Positions 1-9,725 of a stretch of DNA of 64,000 nt are shown piece by piece. Source of the stretch: a virus (taxonomy: Duplodnaviria > Caudoviricetes); IMG/VR virus record IMGVR_UViG_3300028197_000002. The stretch is one strand, 5' to 3'. Under the pieces are notes generated by a model that was given only the letters and a program-made list of their open reading frames with translations, was not told the origin of the DNA and searched no databases. The translations under genes and the position numbers were made by a program. The first letter of the stretch is position 1; every line of letters begins with the position of its first letter.

Positions 1-2
1 CT

Positions 3-1211
3 AGGCCCGCTTTGCTAGATAAGATATTAAATTTTGCAAAGCTGATGGCTCTCAAGTCTGCTTTCGACACTTCTTTGAACTTGATGAAAAAAGATCCTGA
101 AGAAGAAGCAACTTGGATGAAAATACAAAACACTTTGAAAGAGGCCTTGTTGGTCGATAGAAACTTTAATGAAGGGTTGAACTATTTCGAAACGTTTGAA
201 GAGCGTTACGAGAGAATGGAAAGTCAAGAAGAGTCGAAGGAAATATTCACTACTGGATTCGATGGGCTTGACGATGCGTTATTGGGCGGTGGTACTCATC
301 GAGGAGAGATATATGCTTGGGTTGGTCTTTCCGGAACTGGCAAGAGTTTGGCTTTAGTTGCTGCTGCTAAAAGAAATGTTACAAAATACAACAAAAAAGT
401 TTTGTATGTTTCTTTAGAAATGGATGAAGATAAAATTGCCGAAAGATTCGACGCGCAGTTTGCCGGGGTTAATATAAATCTTCTTTATGAAAATAAAGAC
501 AAGATACAGCAAAAGTTTGATCAGATAAAAGAAGAAAACGAAGATCCTAAGATGTTAGTGGTCAAACAGTTTCCTGCTGGATCTATGTCTGTAAATACTT
601 TGAAAGCATATATGCAGCAATTGCAGATGACAGGTTTCAAACCAGATTTGGTAATTGTTGATTACATTGGAGAAATGAAAGATTATCCCGGAATGGCAAC
701 TTGGGAATCTAGATACAGAATTGTTAGAGATCTTAGAGGACTAGCGACAGAAGAAAATGTTTGCATGTTCACGGCCCTTCAGCCAAATAAAAGTGCTAGA
801 GAAGCTCAGAAAATGGATGGGCCGGGAGAAGGTGTTATTGATGATGATAATTTGGCTGACTCCTATGGTCAAATTAGGCCTTTGGATGGATGTTGGTCAA
901 TCAATCAAATGCAAGTGGAGAAAGATGCTGGAATTGCTAGAATATTTGTAATTAAACATCGTCATGGAAAAAGTAGATTTACTATATGGGTAGGCTATGA
1001 TAGAGACACGCTTGCAATGGATCAAATTTCTCATTCTTCATATGAGAAAAAATTACACGAGAAGCACATGAAGGCTTCTGAAAAAGTTCAAGAAGATGTT
1101 GCGAGTCAGGCCGCTGAAATAAATAAAGTTTTAGGCAAAGGAAAAAAGAACTTCTTTGCAGATGATATGGGACATTCTACTGAAGACCCCGACGCACCAG
1201 ATGATTTATAA
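3..1211 (+). CDS. Replicative DNA helicase, DnaB/T4 gp41-like (N-terminus likely outside window)
   Basis: Walker A GLSGTGKS, YVSLEM, VIVDYIG, KHRHG arginine-finger region; frame is open to the window edge. Confidence 0.9.
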   Translation, partial: RPALLDKILNFAKLMALKSAFDTSLNLMKKDPEEEATWMKIQNTLKEALLVDRNFNEGLNYFETFEERYERMESQEESKEIFTTGFDGLDDALLGGGTHRGEIYAWVGLSGTGKSLALVAAAKRNVTKYNKKVLYVSLEMDEDKIAERFDAQFAGVNINLLYENKDKIQQKFDQIKEENEDPKMLVVKQFPAGSMSVNTLKAYMQQLQMTGFKPDLVIVDYIGEMKDYPGMATWESRYRIVRDLRGLATEENVCMFTALQPNKSAREAQKMDGPGEGVIDDDNLADSYGQIRPLDGCWSINQMQVEKDAGIARIFVIKHRHGKSRFTIWVGYDRDTLAMDQISHSSYEKKLHEKHMKASEKVQEDVASQAAEINKVLGKGKKNFFADDMGHSTEDPDAPDDL

Positions 1212-1222
1212 GGAAAATTTGT

Positions 1223-1720
1223 ATGAGCGATTTTTTTGAAGCACCACAAGCTACGACTAAAATAAAATTAGGCGGACAAGACATTGTGATAGACAATAAA
1301 AGAATGTCTTTTAACGAGTCTAATCTTTCTGTATTTATGGAAAATTTAGCTTTGTGGTATGATTATTTTTGTCAAAAATTGGCAGAAGCGGAAGCTCTTT
1401 TGTCATTTAAAGAGCATGAGTATGAGATAGCCTACGCTACTGAATACGAGAAGCATAAAACTGATGGGTGTACTGATAAACTTTCTGAGGCTAATGCTAA
1501 AAAAAGCGAAGAAGTCTCAGAGCATAAAAAAGAAATAATATCAGCAAAACATAAAGTAACTTTGTTGAAGCAACATTTAAGAAGCTGGGATAAAGCGCAT
1601 GACAATGCGCAAAGTCGAGGACATACCATTAGAAAAGAAATGGATAAATTAAACTCTGACATCATGATAAAGAAAGATATTTATAATGAAGTGGATGAGG
1701 TTGTGAGGAAAAATGGCTAA
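1223..1720 (+). CDS. UvsY-like recombination mediator (helical)
   Basis: All-helical 165 aa with a pattern resembling phage UvsY-like proteins; next to helicase, near gp32/UvsX; SD AAGGA. Confidence 0.45.
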   Translation: MSDFFEAPQATTKIKLGGQDIVIDNKRMSFNESNLSVFMENLALWYDYFCQKLAEAEALLSFKEHEYEIAYATEYEKHKTDGCTDKLSEANAKKSEEVSEHKKEIISAKHKVTLLKQHLRSWDKAHDNAQSRGHTIRKEMDKLNSDIMIKKDIYNEVDEVVRKNG

Positions 1721-2546
1721 AAAAAGTTTGGTATTTGTTCTGAATAAAGACAACTCAGACGAGTATTTGAATTGGGTTGATTTAAAAAGTTCAAAATATG
1801 ATATTGTTTACGTGGAAGAAGTTCTGAAAAACAAATGGAAAACTATTCACGATTTGCTTTCTAGATCTAAATATAAATTATTTTATTATGACTTTCCTTG
1901 TTTTATAAATTCCGATGTTGCATCTTCAGATGAAGATTTGTGTAAGTTTATAGAGGTATTCAAAACGAATAAACTCAATATTGCTTCTCCTGCCATACAA
2001 GGCCCTGAAGTTTTTTTTGAATCTAAAAATTCATTTTTAAGAAATGTTAATTATGTGCCGAGTGTGTTTTTTGCATTTTCTAAGCACGCAATTTCTCTCT
2101 TTAAAAAGAATAATATTTTGAACTTTAATGATTCTGGATCAGGAATTGATTGGACGCTGCCAGCGATCATTAAAAATGATAAAGTTTGCATAATAGACTC
2201 AATAAAAATTAATTATAAATTTGAACAACAAGAAAAGAATATAAAAGATTTTGTTGAAATTTATACTGAATTTAATTTGGAGAGTTTTTACTTTACAGAG
2301 TATTCAAGAGTTGATTGTGAAGAAGAGATGGATATAGAAAGTTTTTCTAATAATTTTAAAAAATTGAGAAACTGCAATTTTAGAAGGCCAACAAGAAGAT
2401 CGAATGATTGTGCCCCAGAAAGAAGCTTTATTAGCCAAAGACTTCTGAACGCCACAGGCGCTCAGAATTTGAATCAGGCCAACGCAGCCTCCTCGACAAA
2501 TGCGCTAGTCAGTGCCACAGAGGAAGAAGGAAATGAGGAGATCTGA
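1713..2546 (+). CDS. DUF707/glycosyltransferase-like protein (degenerate)
   Basis: LNIASPAI..LRNVNYVPSVFFAFS..GIDW..CIID resembles the DUF707 pattern. Confidence 0.4.
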   Translation: MAKKSLVFVLNKDNSDEYLNWVDLKSSKYDIVYVEEVLKNKWKTIHDLLSRSKYKLFYYDFPCFINSDVASSDEDLCKFIEVFKTNKLNIASPAIQGPEVFFESKNSFLRNVNYVPSVFFAFSKHAISLFKKNNILNFNDSGSGIDWTLPAIIKNDKVCIIDSIKINYKFEQQEKNIKDFVEIYTEFNLESFYFTEYSRVDCEEEMDIESFSNNFKKLRNCNFRRPTRRSNDCAPERSFISQRLLNATGAQNLNQANAASSTNALVSATEEEGNEEI

Positions 2547-2547
2547 A

Positions 2548-2808
2548 ATGGCGAAGCCAAAAGTGTTAGTTTCCGAAGCCCAGAAGAGTTGTCGCGAAAA
2601 CTTTTCGAAAGAAGAAGACGTAGCCACTCTTCTCAAAAAAGTTGATGAACTTGAGAGCGTAATTTCTATTTTTTCTGAAATTCATGAAAAAAGAGATCAC
2701 GCTGTAGTTCTTAGCAAATTAACATGTTTTGTTATTGTTGCTTTATCTTTTTTTAATCTTTTTCTTAATTATATGTTGTTTAAATTTTTTGTTTTGAGTT
2801 TGCCATGA
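2548..2808 (+). CDS. Small protein with coiled coil and C-terminal TM helix
   Basis: ATG 2548 follows the upstream stop; hydrophobic C-terminus LTCFVIVALSFFNLFLNYMLF. Confidence 0.6.
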   Translation: MAKPKVLVSEAQKSCRENFSKEEDVATLLKKVDELESVISIFSEIHEKRDHAVVLSKLTCFVIVALSFFNLFLNYMLFKFFVLSLP

Positions 2809-3416
2809 TAATTCCAGAAAATTTTACAAACTACGAACTAAGCGACAAAGAGCTTGAAGAACATATTTTGTTTTGTTTGATGGTATTTAACAAAAACGCT
2901 AATCAAACTGCTGTTAAGTTAGAAAAGTTTCTTAGTTGGTGTCATGAAATTGATATTGATCATTTTAAAACAATGAGTCATTTCCAAGTTGTCAGAAACA
3001 AACTAAAAAAACACTCTGCTGTTGAAATGGTGACAAGGTTTCGATTTGGCAACACAACGGTCAAAGCCGCTGGTTTGGAGCAACTGGTCAATTCTGGATT
3101 TGATCTTAAAACATGCTCGGCTGAGGAACTTGAAACCATATCAGGTTTCGGGATGAAGACCTCTCGCTATTTCGTTCTTCACACAAGAAAAAATGCTCGC
3201 GTAGCATGTTTAGACACTCATGTTTTAAAATGGATGAAAAGGTTTCCTTATATATTTGGAGAAATTAAAAAAGGACAGCCAAGTAGAAAGAGGTACTTGG
3301 AGTTAGAAAAAGAGTTTTTAGAGGTTTGTGATACTTCAAATGTTAACCCAGCAGAATTGGACTTGAGTATTTGGAATTCACAACGAAAAAAAACAGAAGC
3401 GATCTTGAATCTTTAA
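2805..3416 (+). CDS. ogg: 8-oxoguanine DNA glycosylase/AP lyase (Ogg2-like, HhH-GPD)
   Basis: HhH ISGFGMKTSRYF (catalytic Lys), CLDTHVL (catalytic Asp), RKRYLELE..ELDLSIW as in Thermotoga/archaeal Ogg. Confidence 0.75.
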   Translation: MIIPENFTNYELSDKELEEHILFCLMVFNKNANQTAVKLEKFLSWCHEIDIDHFKTMSHFQVVRNKLKKHSAVEMVTRFRFGNTTVKAAGLEQLVNSGFDLKTCSAEELETISGFGMKTSRYFVLHTRKNARVACLDTHVLKWMKRFPYIFGEIKKGQPSRKRYLELEKEFLEVCDTSNVNPAELDLSIWNSQRKKTEAILNL

Positions 3417-3452
3417 TCTAGATTTAAGTTAAAGATTACATATAATACTTGC

Positions 3453-3701
3453 ATGAGATATTTAGAAATAGCAAGTAGAATTAAAGAAAATAACCCAAAG
3501 GCAATCTTGATAGATGGGTTCGATGAGGCTTTAATTGGGGATACTCAAAATAAAAGCCCAGTTGTGGGTGTTTATGATTTAGAACGGTGCATTGCTTTGC
3601 TTGTTGAAAGTGGAATGACCACTCTAGAATCAACAGATTATTTGGAATCAAAACTGCAAGAATGCAAAAGTGATAATGATCCCATTTTTATTTCACTATG
3701 A
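3453..3701 (+). CDS. Conserved phage hypothetical protein
   Basis: AILIDGFDEALIG..VYDLERCI pattern common in large phages. Confidence 0.6.
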   Translation: MRYLEIASRIKENNPKAILIDGFDEALIGDTQNKSPVVGVYDLERCIALLVESGMTTLESTDYLESKLQECKSDNDPIFISL

Positions 3702-4516
3702 TACTTGATAATGACATACTGGCCATATGTAATATTTATTCTAGTTCAAATAAATATAAATGTTTGTTGCCTCATTTTATAAATCATTATAAAAAAATAA
3801 AAGTTGATAAAATAGTTTTCATATGCGAAGATGATGTTCAAAATTTTATAAAAAACGAATTTGATTGCGAAGGCATTATTTTAGAAAAACCAAAAGTTTT
3901 TTCTACAACTTCAAATTTAATAGAAGATTTAAAAGGGAAGTCTTTATTTCCTCCGGGCATAAAAAAAGTTTCACTTGGAACCTTAGACTCTTGCAGAATT
4001 AATGCTTTTAAAAATAATCACAACTGTTGGTATGTGCCTTTAGATTTGGATGAGTTTCATGATGTTGAAGATATTCATGAAGTAAAAAATGAGTGTTTGT
4101 CTGGTGGAAAACAGTATGTTTATTCTGAGCTTTATGACAGAACAACTGCTGACATGTCGGTGCCAGAAACATTAAGTTCAAAATGCATATATTCGCAGTT
4201 TCCTAATCACGTAGACATAACTGGCTCTATTATGAAAGCCAACAAGAAAAAAATTGCTCTTTGCCATCCTAGCTTAGATGTTTCTGGTGGACATCACGGA
4301 GTAACAATTGAGCCTTTTACTATTGAAAAAGGAATACTTTGTAAAGAAAGTGATCTTCAGGAGATGGAATTTAAAACCTATCACTTCAAGTGGTTTGGAG
4401 ACTTTTATCAGGTGGACGAGAAAAAAAGAGAGGATAGAAAAACTCAAGGTCTTTGGTGGTTTGATGAATTTGATAGGCTTTCTGAAAATAATCCGTTTTC
4501 TAGTCAAGGCAATTGA
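3698..4516 (+). CDS. Glycosyltransferase-like (GT2/GT92-like)
   Basis: LLPHFINHYKKIKVD, WYVPLDLDEFH (DxD), KKIA..GGHH, YHFKW. Confidence 0.65.
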   Translation: MILDNDILAICNIYSSSNKYKCLLPHFINHYKKIKVDKIVFICEDDVQNFIKNEFDCEGIILEKPKVFSTTSNLIEDLKGKSLFPPGIKKVSLGTLDSCRINAFKNNHNCWYVPLDLDEFHDVEDIHEVKNECLSGGKQYVYSELYDRTTADMSVPETLSSKCIYSQFPNHVDITGSIMKANKKKIALCHPSLDVSGGHHGVTIEPFTIEKGILCKESDLQEMEFKTYHFKWFGDFYQVDEKKREDRKTQGLWWFDEFDRLSENNPFSSQGN

Positions 4517-4531
4517 GTTTTAAATGTCATA

Positions 4532-5296
4532 ATGGATTTATATACTAGTTATTTTATTGCCAATTCATTTGATCGTCAATTAGAAATTGACGCTTCGATT
4601 ATTTCTAATTTGAAAAACGATAAATTTGATAACGTTTTTATTTTTGTAGAGAAAAAAAATGATTTAAAAAGAAGGTATGAAGTAAAAAGTGATAAGTTGA
4701 AAGAGCTAGTTATAGGATGCGTTCCAACTTATAGAAGTTGGATCACTCACCTGATTGAAAATAAAAGTGATTGTGCTATTTTTTGTAATTCTGATATAAG
4801 CTTTGACGAAACTATTGATTTGGCAAAAAAATACATTTTTAAAGAAAATAGTGTAATTTGTCTTTCTAATTATGATAAAAAAAGACCATGGTGGTCGCAG
4901 GATGCTTGGGGATTAAGTTTTGAAAATGCTACTAAAATAGACTTTCTAGATGATTTGAAATTACAGATTGGACAAGTAAGATGTGATAATAAATTTGCAT
5001 ATAAATTTGCTTTTAACCAATGGGATATTTATAATCCTTGCAAGGAAATAAAAGCTTATCACAATCACCAATCTGGAATAAGAAATTATTCGAAGACAGA
5101 CCCTGTTAATTTAGAGAATGTCGCTTTGGTTTTTCCTTGTAAGAATGAAATGCCATCCAGAATTCATTATGCATTTGTTCCTTTGGGTATGAAAAATATA
5201 ATAGGAATAGAACTCTGTCCTTATATGGTTAAAGGCCTTGGCCAAGAACAGGCTAATGATTTTGAAAATAAAATGTCTTTTTATAATGAAAATTAA
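4532..5296 (+). CDS. Glycosyltransferase-like protein
   Basis: IFCNSDISFD, WSQDAW, CDNKFA, HNHQS typical of a viral GT-A-like family. Confidence 0.55.
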   Translation: MDLYTSYFIANSFDRQLEIDASIISNLKNDKFDNVFIFVEKKNDLKRRYEVKSDKLKELVIGCVPTYRSWITHLIENKSDCAIFCNSDISFDETIDLAKKYIFKENSVICLSNYDKKRPWWSQDAWGLSFENATKIDFLDDLKLQIGQVRCDNKFAYKFAFNQWDIYNPCKEIKAYHNHQSGIRNYSKTDPVNLENVALVFPCKNEMPSRIHYAFVPLGMKNIIGIELCPYMVKGLGQEQANDFENKMSFYNEN

Positions 5297-5297
5297 A

Positions 5298-5924
5298 ATG
5301 AAAATAGAAGAGTTAAAAAAAGAATTAGATTTTGTTGTTTCTAAAAGCATTATAAACACAGACATGCTTATAGGTCGATTAAAGTTTATGGATTTAAAAT
5401 CTAAAAAAAGCAGTCAATACGTGGATTCTAAATATCTTCCTCCATATTATCATTTATCTAAGTTTATAAACCCCTCCAGAGTTGTGCAAATAGGGTTTGA
5501 TTTAGCATTTTCTTTATGTTGTTTTTTAAAATCAAATAATTCAGTGAAAGAGGTTTTGGCTTTTCAGCCTAAAGATGATGATTCTTATTATTCAGAAAGA
5601 TTAGCTATTTCTAATTTGCGGGAAATTAAAAAAGAAATTGAAATTAATTTTCACAAAGGAAGTGTTTTTGATGTTGACTTTCAAAAACTTTTGTCTCAAA
5701 AAAAATGGGATTGTTTTTTTATAAATGAAAAATATGGGAAGTTTGATTCAATCAAAGAGGATTTAGATCTTAGTTGGGATCATTTGAATGATGATGGTTT
5801 TATTGTTTTAGACGGGATAATGCATAAAAAAGTGAATAAGTTATTTAAAGATTTCTGTAAAATAAGAAATACTTCTGGAATTGAAATAAAAACTAGATAT
5901 GGATTGGGAATAATTAGAAAGTAA
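5298..5924 (+). CDS. Class I SAM methyltransferase-like (Methyltransf_24, degenerate)
   Basis: VVQIGFDLAFS, WDCFFIN, LNDDGFIVLD; start moved to ATG 5298 after upstream stop. Confidence 0.55.
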   Translation: MKIEELKKELDFVVSKSIINTDMLIGRLKFMDLKSKKSSQYVDSKYLPPYYHLSKFINPSRVVQIGFDLAFSLCCFLKSNNSVKEVLAFQPKDDDSYYSERLAISNLREIKKEIEINFHKGSVFDVDFQKLLSQKKWDCFFINEKYGKFDSIKEDLDLSWDHLNDDGFIVLDGIMHKKVNKLFKDFCKIRNTSGIEIKTRYGLGIIRK

Positions 5925-5939
5925 ATACTAAAATATAAC

Positions 5940-6725
5940 ATGGGATTTGAAGTAACATATCATTATAAAGAAGCTTTAGAAACAGTAGGAGAGTATGATG
6001 AAGTCGTACTTACCAAGACTGCTAAAATAGGAAAATATAAAGAAGACGTTCCTTTAGAGGTTCTAGCGGGGAAAATAATTGCACAGTTGGCAAGAAGAAA
6101 CATTTTGATTGTAGATATAGATATTGTTGAGTTTGCTCCCAAGAAGATCAGCTACAAAGAAACATCAACTGGGATTTTAATTAGAAATAAAAAGTTTAGT
6201 TTTGATTCTGGGGCTGTAATTTCTGAATCTGGAGATTCTGATTACGACGATGAAGATTTATCTGCTATTTTAGAAAATGAAAAACTTTTAGAAAAAATAA
6301 AAAGTGCAATAGGCCCACAAGAGCCAGTTCAAAAATTAAACTTGGCTCCAAGAAACTCCAAGTCTTCTTCCTCAAAGTCTTCCCCACCGCCATCTTCTAG
6401 TGGCAAAAGATCTTTGAGAATGGAGATTTATGATCCTGAAATCACAAATGATGAGAAGAACAAGCAAAAAGGCTTAAAGTTTTCAATGGGTAAGAAATAT
6501 CCAATTTACGAAGAAAAGTCACTGGGAGTTGGTGGAATAATGAATTATGTAACAAAAGATGATTCTGGAAAAGAGGTCGAAGTAGGCTCAGACTCTTTTG
6601 TTGTTCCAACTAAAGGTCTTGCATTTAATGATGACGGTCCAAGATATTTTGGCGAAGCTGATTCTGAGCCAAATATTTGGGGAAATATACAAACACAAGA
6701 CAACATACCTGATGTAAGAGGATAA
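5940..6725 (+). CDS. Hypothetical protein
   Basis: 261-aa ORF, coupled to next gene; TAAATA upstream. Confidence 0.7.
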   Translation: MGFEVTYHYKEALETVGEYDEVVLTKTAKIGKYKEDVPLEVLAGKIIAQLARRNILIVDIDIVEFAPKKISYKETSTGILIRNKKFSFDSGAVISESGDSDYDDEDLSAILENEKLLEKIKSAIGPQEPVQKLNLAPRNSKSSSSKSSPPPSSSGKRSLRMEIYDPEITNDEKNKQKGLKFSMGKKYPIYEEKSLGVGGIMNYVTKDDSGKEVEVGSDSFVVPTKGLAFNDDGPRYFGEADSEPNIWGNIQTQDNIPDVRG

Positions 6726-6726
6726 A

Positions 6727-7236
6727 ATGGCAAATAATAAAAAAAAAGAAAAAAAGAAATTAGCTAGAGTTAAAATTGCCAAAGCAAGAGTTTTGTCGAG
6801 AAGAAAGAAAATTAAAGAAGCTAATTCTTTAGAAAAAAAACAAGCTAAGTACGCTCATAAATTTAGAGAAAAGTTACAACCAGTTATAAACGACCCGGAA
6901 AAGAAAAAAGCAATGGAAGAAAGTAAAGAAAAAGCTCTTAGAGAAAAATTAGAGCAAAATGCAGAAATGCTTAAATATTTAGAAGAGCAGTACGAAACTG
7001 AAATGAAAAATAAAGCTGATGTAAATAAAGAACTTGAATCGCAAGGCCACATCACTTTTCAGGAAAAATTAGCCGCTTTAGAAAAACAAGTTATTGACAA
7101 AATGGAATCTGATGCCAAAGAATCTGGGAACATAGAGGACATAGTGGATGCTGCTAAAAAGGTCCAATTATTGAACGATTCAGAAGCCGTTGATTCTGTT
7201 GAGTCAATCACCTTGGAAGAGCCAGAAGAGGGCTGA
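6727..7236 (+). CDS. Basic coiled-coil hypothetical protein
   Basis: K/R-rich N-half, acidic C-terminus. Confidence 0.65.
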   Translation: MANNKKKEKKKLARVKIAKARVLSRRKKIKEANSLEKKQAKYAHKFREKLQPVINDPEKKKAMEESKEKALREKLEQNAEMLKYLEEQYETEMKNKADVNKELESQGHITFQEKLAALEKQVIDKMESDAKESGNIEDIVDAAKKVQLLNDSEAVDSVESITLEEPEEG

Positions 7237-7305
7237 GAATATAATTAAAATACTTTAAAAAAGGCATTTTAATTGATCCAAATTTTAGTTTTTTTGTTTA
7301 AACTG

Positions 7306-7334
7306 TTGATCCAGAAGACTATATACATTATAAC
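7306..7334 (+). promoter_or_regulatory. Sigma70-like promoter upstream of SSB gene
   Basis: TTGATC-N17-TATAAC. Confidence 0.45.
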
Positions 7335-7387
7335 TTTCTTAGAACGTAAATGATACGTTCGCAACTTTAATAAACGGAGAAATAACT

Positions 7388-8374
7388 ATGTTAGACATCA
7401 ATTCTTTAACGTCCGATTACAAAACTACTAAAACAAATGAAAACGCCTCTTCAGGCGGAAACTTCCTTCAAAATTTTGTAAAAATGCCAGAAGGAAAGGG
7501 CAGCGTTGTCATGAGGATTCTTCCTCCCGCTCCCAAAGGAATGTTTGATAGAGATGAAAATCCTTTTTATCAGGCAACCAGAATTCATAAAGTGAATGGC
7601 AAATCTCTTCATGATCCAAGAGTCAAAGTCAACGGAAGATGGGTTGGCGAAAATCCAATTGGGGATTATTTGAAATGGCTTTGGAAAGAATCAGAACAAC
7701 AATCTTCGATGGAAGAACGCGATAAGATGCAGAGAACTTATCGTCAATTAAAGCCAATCGAAAGATATTATTTTAATGTAATCGTCAGAGCAGAAACTGA
7801 TGAAAGCGGAAATGTCAATAAAAATGTTGGACCTAAAATTCTTTCTGTGGGCAAGACTGTTTTTGAAGCAGTTTTAAGAGGAATTGTTGGTGACGAAGAG
7901 ATGAATCAAAAGGGTTTTGGAGATGTCACAGATTTTAAAACTGGCAGGGATTTTAAACTTGTCAAAACTATTAGAAAATCTGGAGAAATGACCTATCCTA
8001 ATTATGAATCATCACACTTCTTAGATGAATCACCTGCTGGCGACCCAGATGAATCTAAAGGATGGATAGAAAATCTTCATGATTTATCTTCTTTAAGAAC
8101 TCTTAAAACTTCTGATGAACTTGAGACTGAGCTTATGATTCATTTAGGTCTTAAGCAAGATAGTTCTTCTGGCTTTGATCCTACCAAGTTTCAGGCTAAA
8201 ACTACAACTCAAACAGCTACAGTAACAACTGAAGAAGAATCTGCTCCTCCTGTTGCTCCTGTTGTTGCCGCTGCTTCTTCCGATGCTCCTGCCTCTGCTG
8301 AAAGTAGTAGCGACTCATCGGATGACGACATGGCTGATAAAGATTTTCTAGAAGAACTTAGAAAATTATCTTAG
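7388..8374 (+). CDS. Single-stranded DNA-binding protein, T4 gp32-like
   Basis: VMRILPP, RYYFNVIV, GPKILSVGKTVF, GRDFKL, YPNYESS; acidic tail SSDDDMADKDFLEEL; Zn-binding Cys absent. Confidence 0.85.
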   Translation: MLDINSLTSDYKTTKTNENASSGGNFLQNFVKMPEGKGSVVMRILPPAPKGMFDRDENPFYQATRIHKVNGKSLHDPRVKVNGRWVGENPIGDYLKWLWKESEQQSSMEERDKMQRTYRQLKPIERYYFNVIVRAETDESGNVNKNVGPKILSVGKTVFEAVLRGIVGDEEMNQKGFGDVTDFKTGRDFKLVKTIRKSGEMTYPNYESSHFLDESPAGDPDESKGWIENLHDLSSLRTLKTSDELETELMIHLGLKQDSSSGFDPTKFQAKTTTQTATVTTEEESAPPVAPVVAAASSDAPASAESSSDSSDDDMADKDFLEELRKLS

Positions 8375-8393
8375 TATTTAGTAGAATTATTCC

Positions 8394-8494
8394 CTCTCGG
8401 TAGCCCTTTGAAATTTTTTGTTTGTTCAAAGACTGTGCAAGCTTTTTGATTAGATTCGTGGAAATCCGTCGAATTGCTAAGGGCTACCAGAGAG
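8394..8494 (+). other. Predicted structured intergenic RNA element
   Basis: GGTAGCCCTT (8399-8408) pairs perfectly with AAGGGCTACC (8479-8488), extended by CTCTC/GAGAG; internal hairpins. Confidence 0.5.
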
Positions 8495-8516
8495 ATTTTT
8501 ATAACTTGGAGGAAAA

Positions 8517-9725
8517 ATGGCAAAGAAAAAAATAAAATTAAAAAGCAAAGATAACGAAACTAATATTTTAAAAGATATTTTAAGCGAAACAGGTGGAGAC
8601 ACTTTAAGAGAGGCGGGCACAGTTCCATATTTTGTTGATACTGGAAATCTTGCTGTAAATTTTGGTTGTAGTGGAAGATTTATAGGTGGCGGCTTTCCGG
8701 GAGGAAGAGTAATTGAAGCTTTTGGCCCTGAAGCTTCCGGCAAGTCTTTCTTAGGATATTGCTTTATGCACTCTGTGCAAGTAATGGATGGAATTGCAAT
8801 ATTATTAGATTGTGAAAGATCAAGCGGATCTGAATTTGCTGAAAGATGTGGCCACGTAGATCCGGATACTCTTATTGTTTATGATCCTGTTACGTTAGAG
8901 CAAGTAGAAAAAAAAATTACTCTTGCTGTAAAAGCAATTAGATCTAAGTTCCCTGATAAGCCTATTGGGATTGTGTGGGATTCTATTGGAGTTAATCCAT
9001 GCGAAAGAGAATGGGCTGCAATAGACCTTCCTGAAAATGCTACCGATGCTCAGATAAAGGCAGCAGGAGGTAACGAGCGTCCCGGCGAAAGGGCAAAGAC
9101 TGCGAACAGGATATTAAGAAGTTTAAATCCTTTCCTTAATGACAATAACGCTACTCTTTATGTGATTAATCAGGTCAGAAAAAAGATAGGTGTTATGTTT
9201 GGAAATGATGAAACAACATCTGGTGGTGGTGAAGCTTTGAAGTTTTATGCTTCATTGAGAGTTAGATGTGGTGCTCCTAAGTCTTTTCAAGATAAGGATA
9301 CAAAGTTGCCAATAGGTGTTAACATGAGTGTCACAAATAAAAAGAACAGACACTTTACTCCCGGAGTTAAAATTGAAAACATTCCTCTGTTCTTCAACAC
9401 AGGTATTAATCCTCTGGGTGGCTTGTTGGATGCTTTGCTTCTTTCCAAAAGAATCGAAGCAGAAGGAGCGCGTGGGAAGTATAAAATTCTTCCTGAATAT
9501 GCTGGTGGTGACGAAGAGGCTTATTTCACTCAATCTAAAACTGCTCCAACGGAGGCAGAGGTTCTTTATAAGCATCCCAATTTAGTAGACGCAGAGAGCG
9601 AACAACAGGTTCGAGATTATCTCAAGGAATGGTCAGGTGCTATTGAGTTAACAACTTCGGAAAAAATTGAAGAAATTGATGCTACTAATCCTGACGTTTC
9701 TCATTTAGTAAGTGATATGGCTTAG
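8517..9725 (+). CDS. uvsX: RecA/UvsX-like recombinase
   Basis: GPEASGKS Walker A, VWDS Walker B, INQVR, GGEALKFYASLR, KNR; SD GGAGG. Confidence 0.92.
   Translation: MAKKKIKLKSKDNETNILKDILSETGGDTLREAGTVPYFVDTGNLAVNFGCSGRFIGGGFPGGRVIEAFGPEASGKSFLGYCFMHSVQVMDGIAILLDCERSSGSEFAERCGHVDPDTLIVYDPVTLEQVEKKITLAVKAIRSKFPDKPIGIVWDSIGVNPCEREWAAIDLPENATDAQIKAAGGNERPGERAKTANRILRSLNPFLNDNNATLYVINQVRKKIGVMFGNDETTSGGGEALKFYASLRVRCGAPKSFQDKDTKLPIGVNMSVTNKKNRHFTPGVKIENIPLFFNTGINPLGGLLDALLLSKRIEAEGARGKYKILPEYAGGDEEAYFTQSKTAPTEAEVLYKHPNLVDAESEQQVRDYLKEWSGAIELTTSEKIEEIDATNPDVSHLVSDMA

Noticed and set aside
8394-8494. c-di-GMP-I riboswitch (GGTAGC/GGGCTACC resemblance)
   Set aside because: Order of elements and GGGCAAAC/GCAAAG motifs do not match; kept only as an unknown structure
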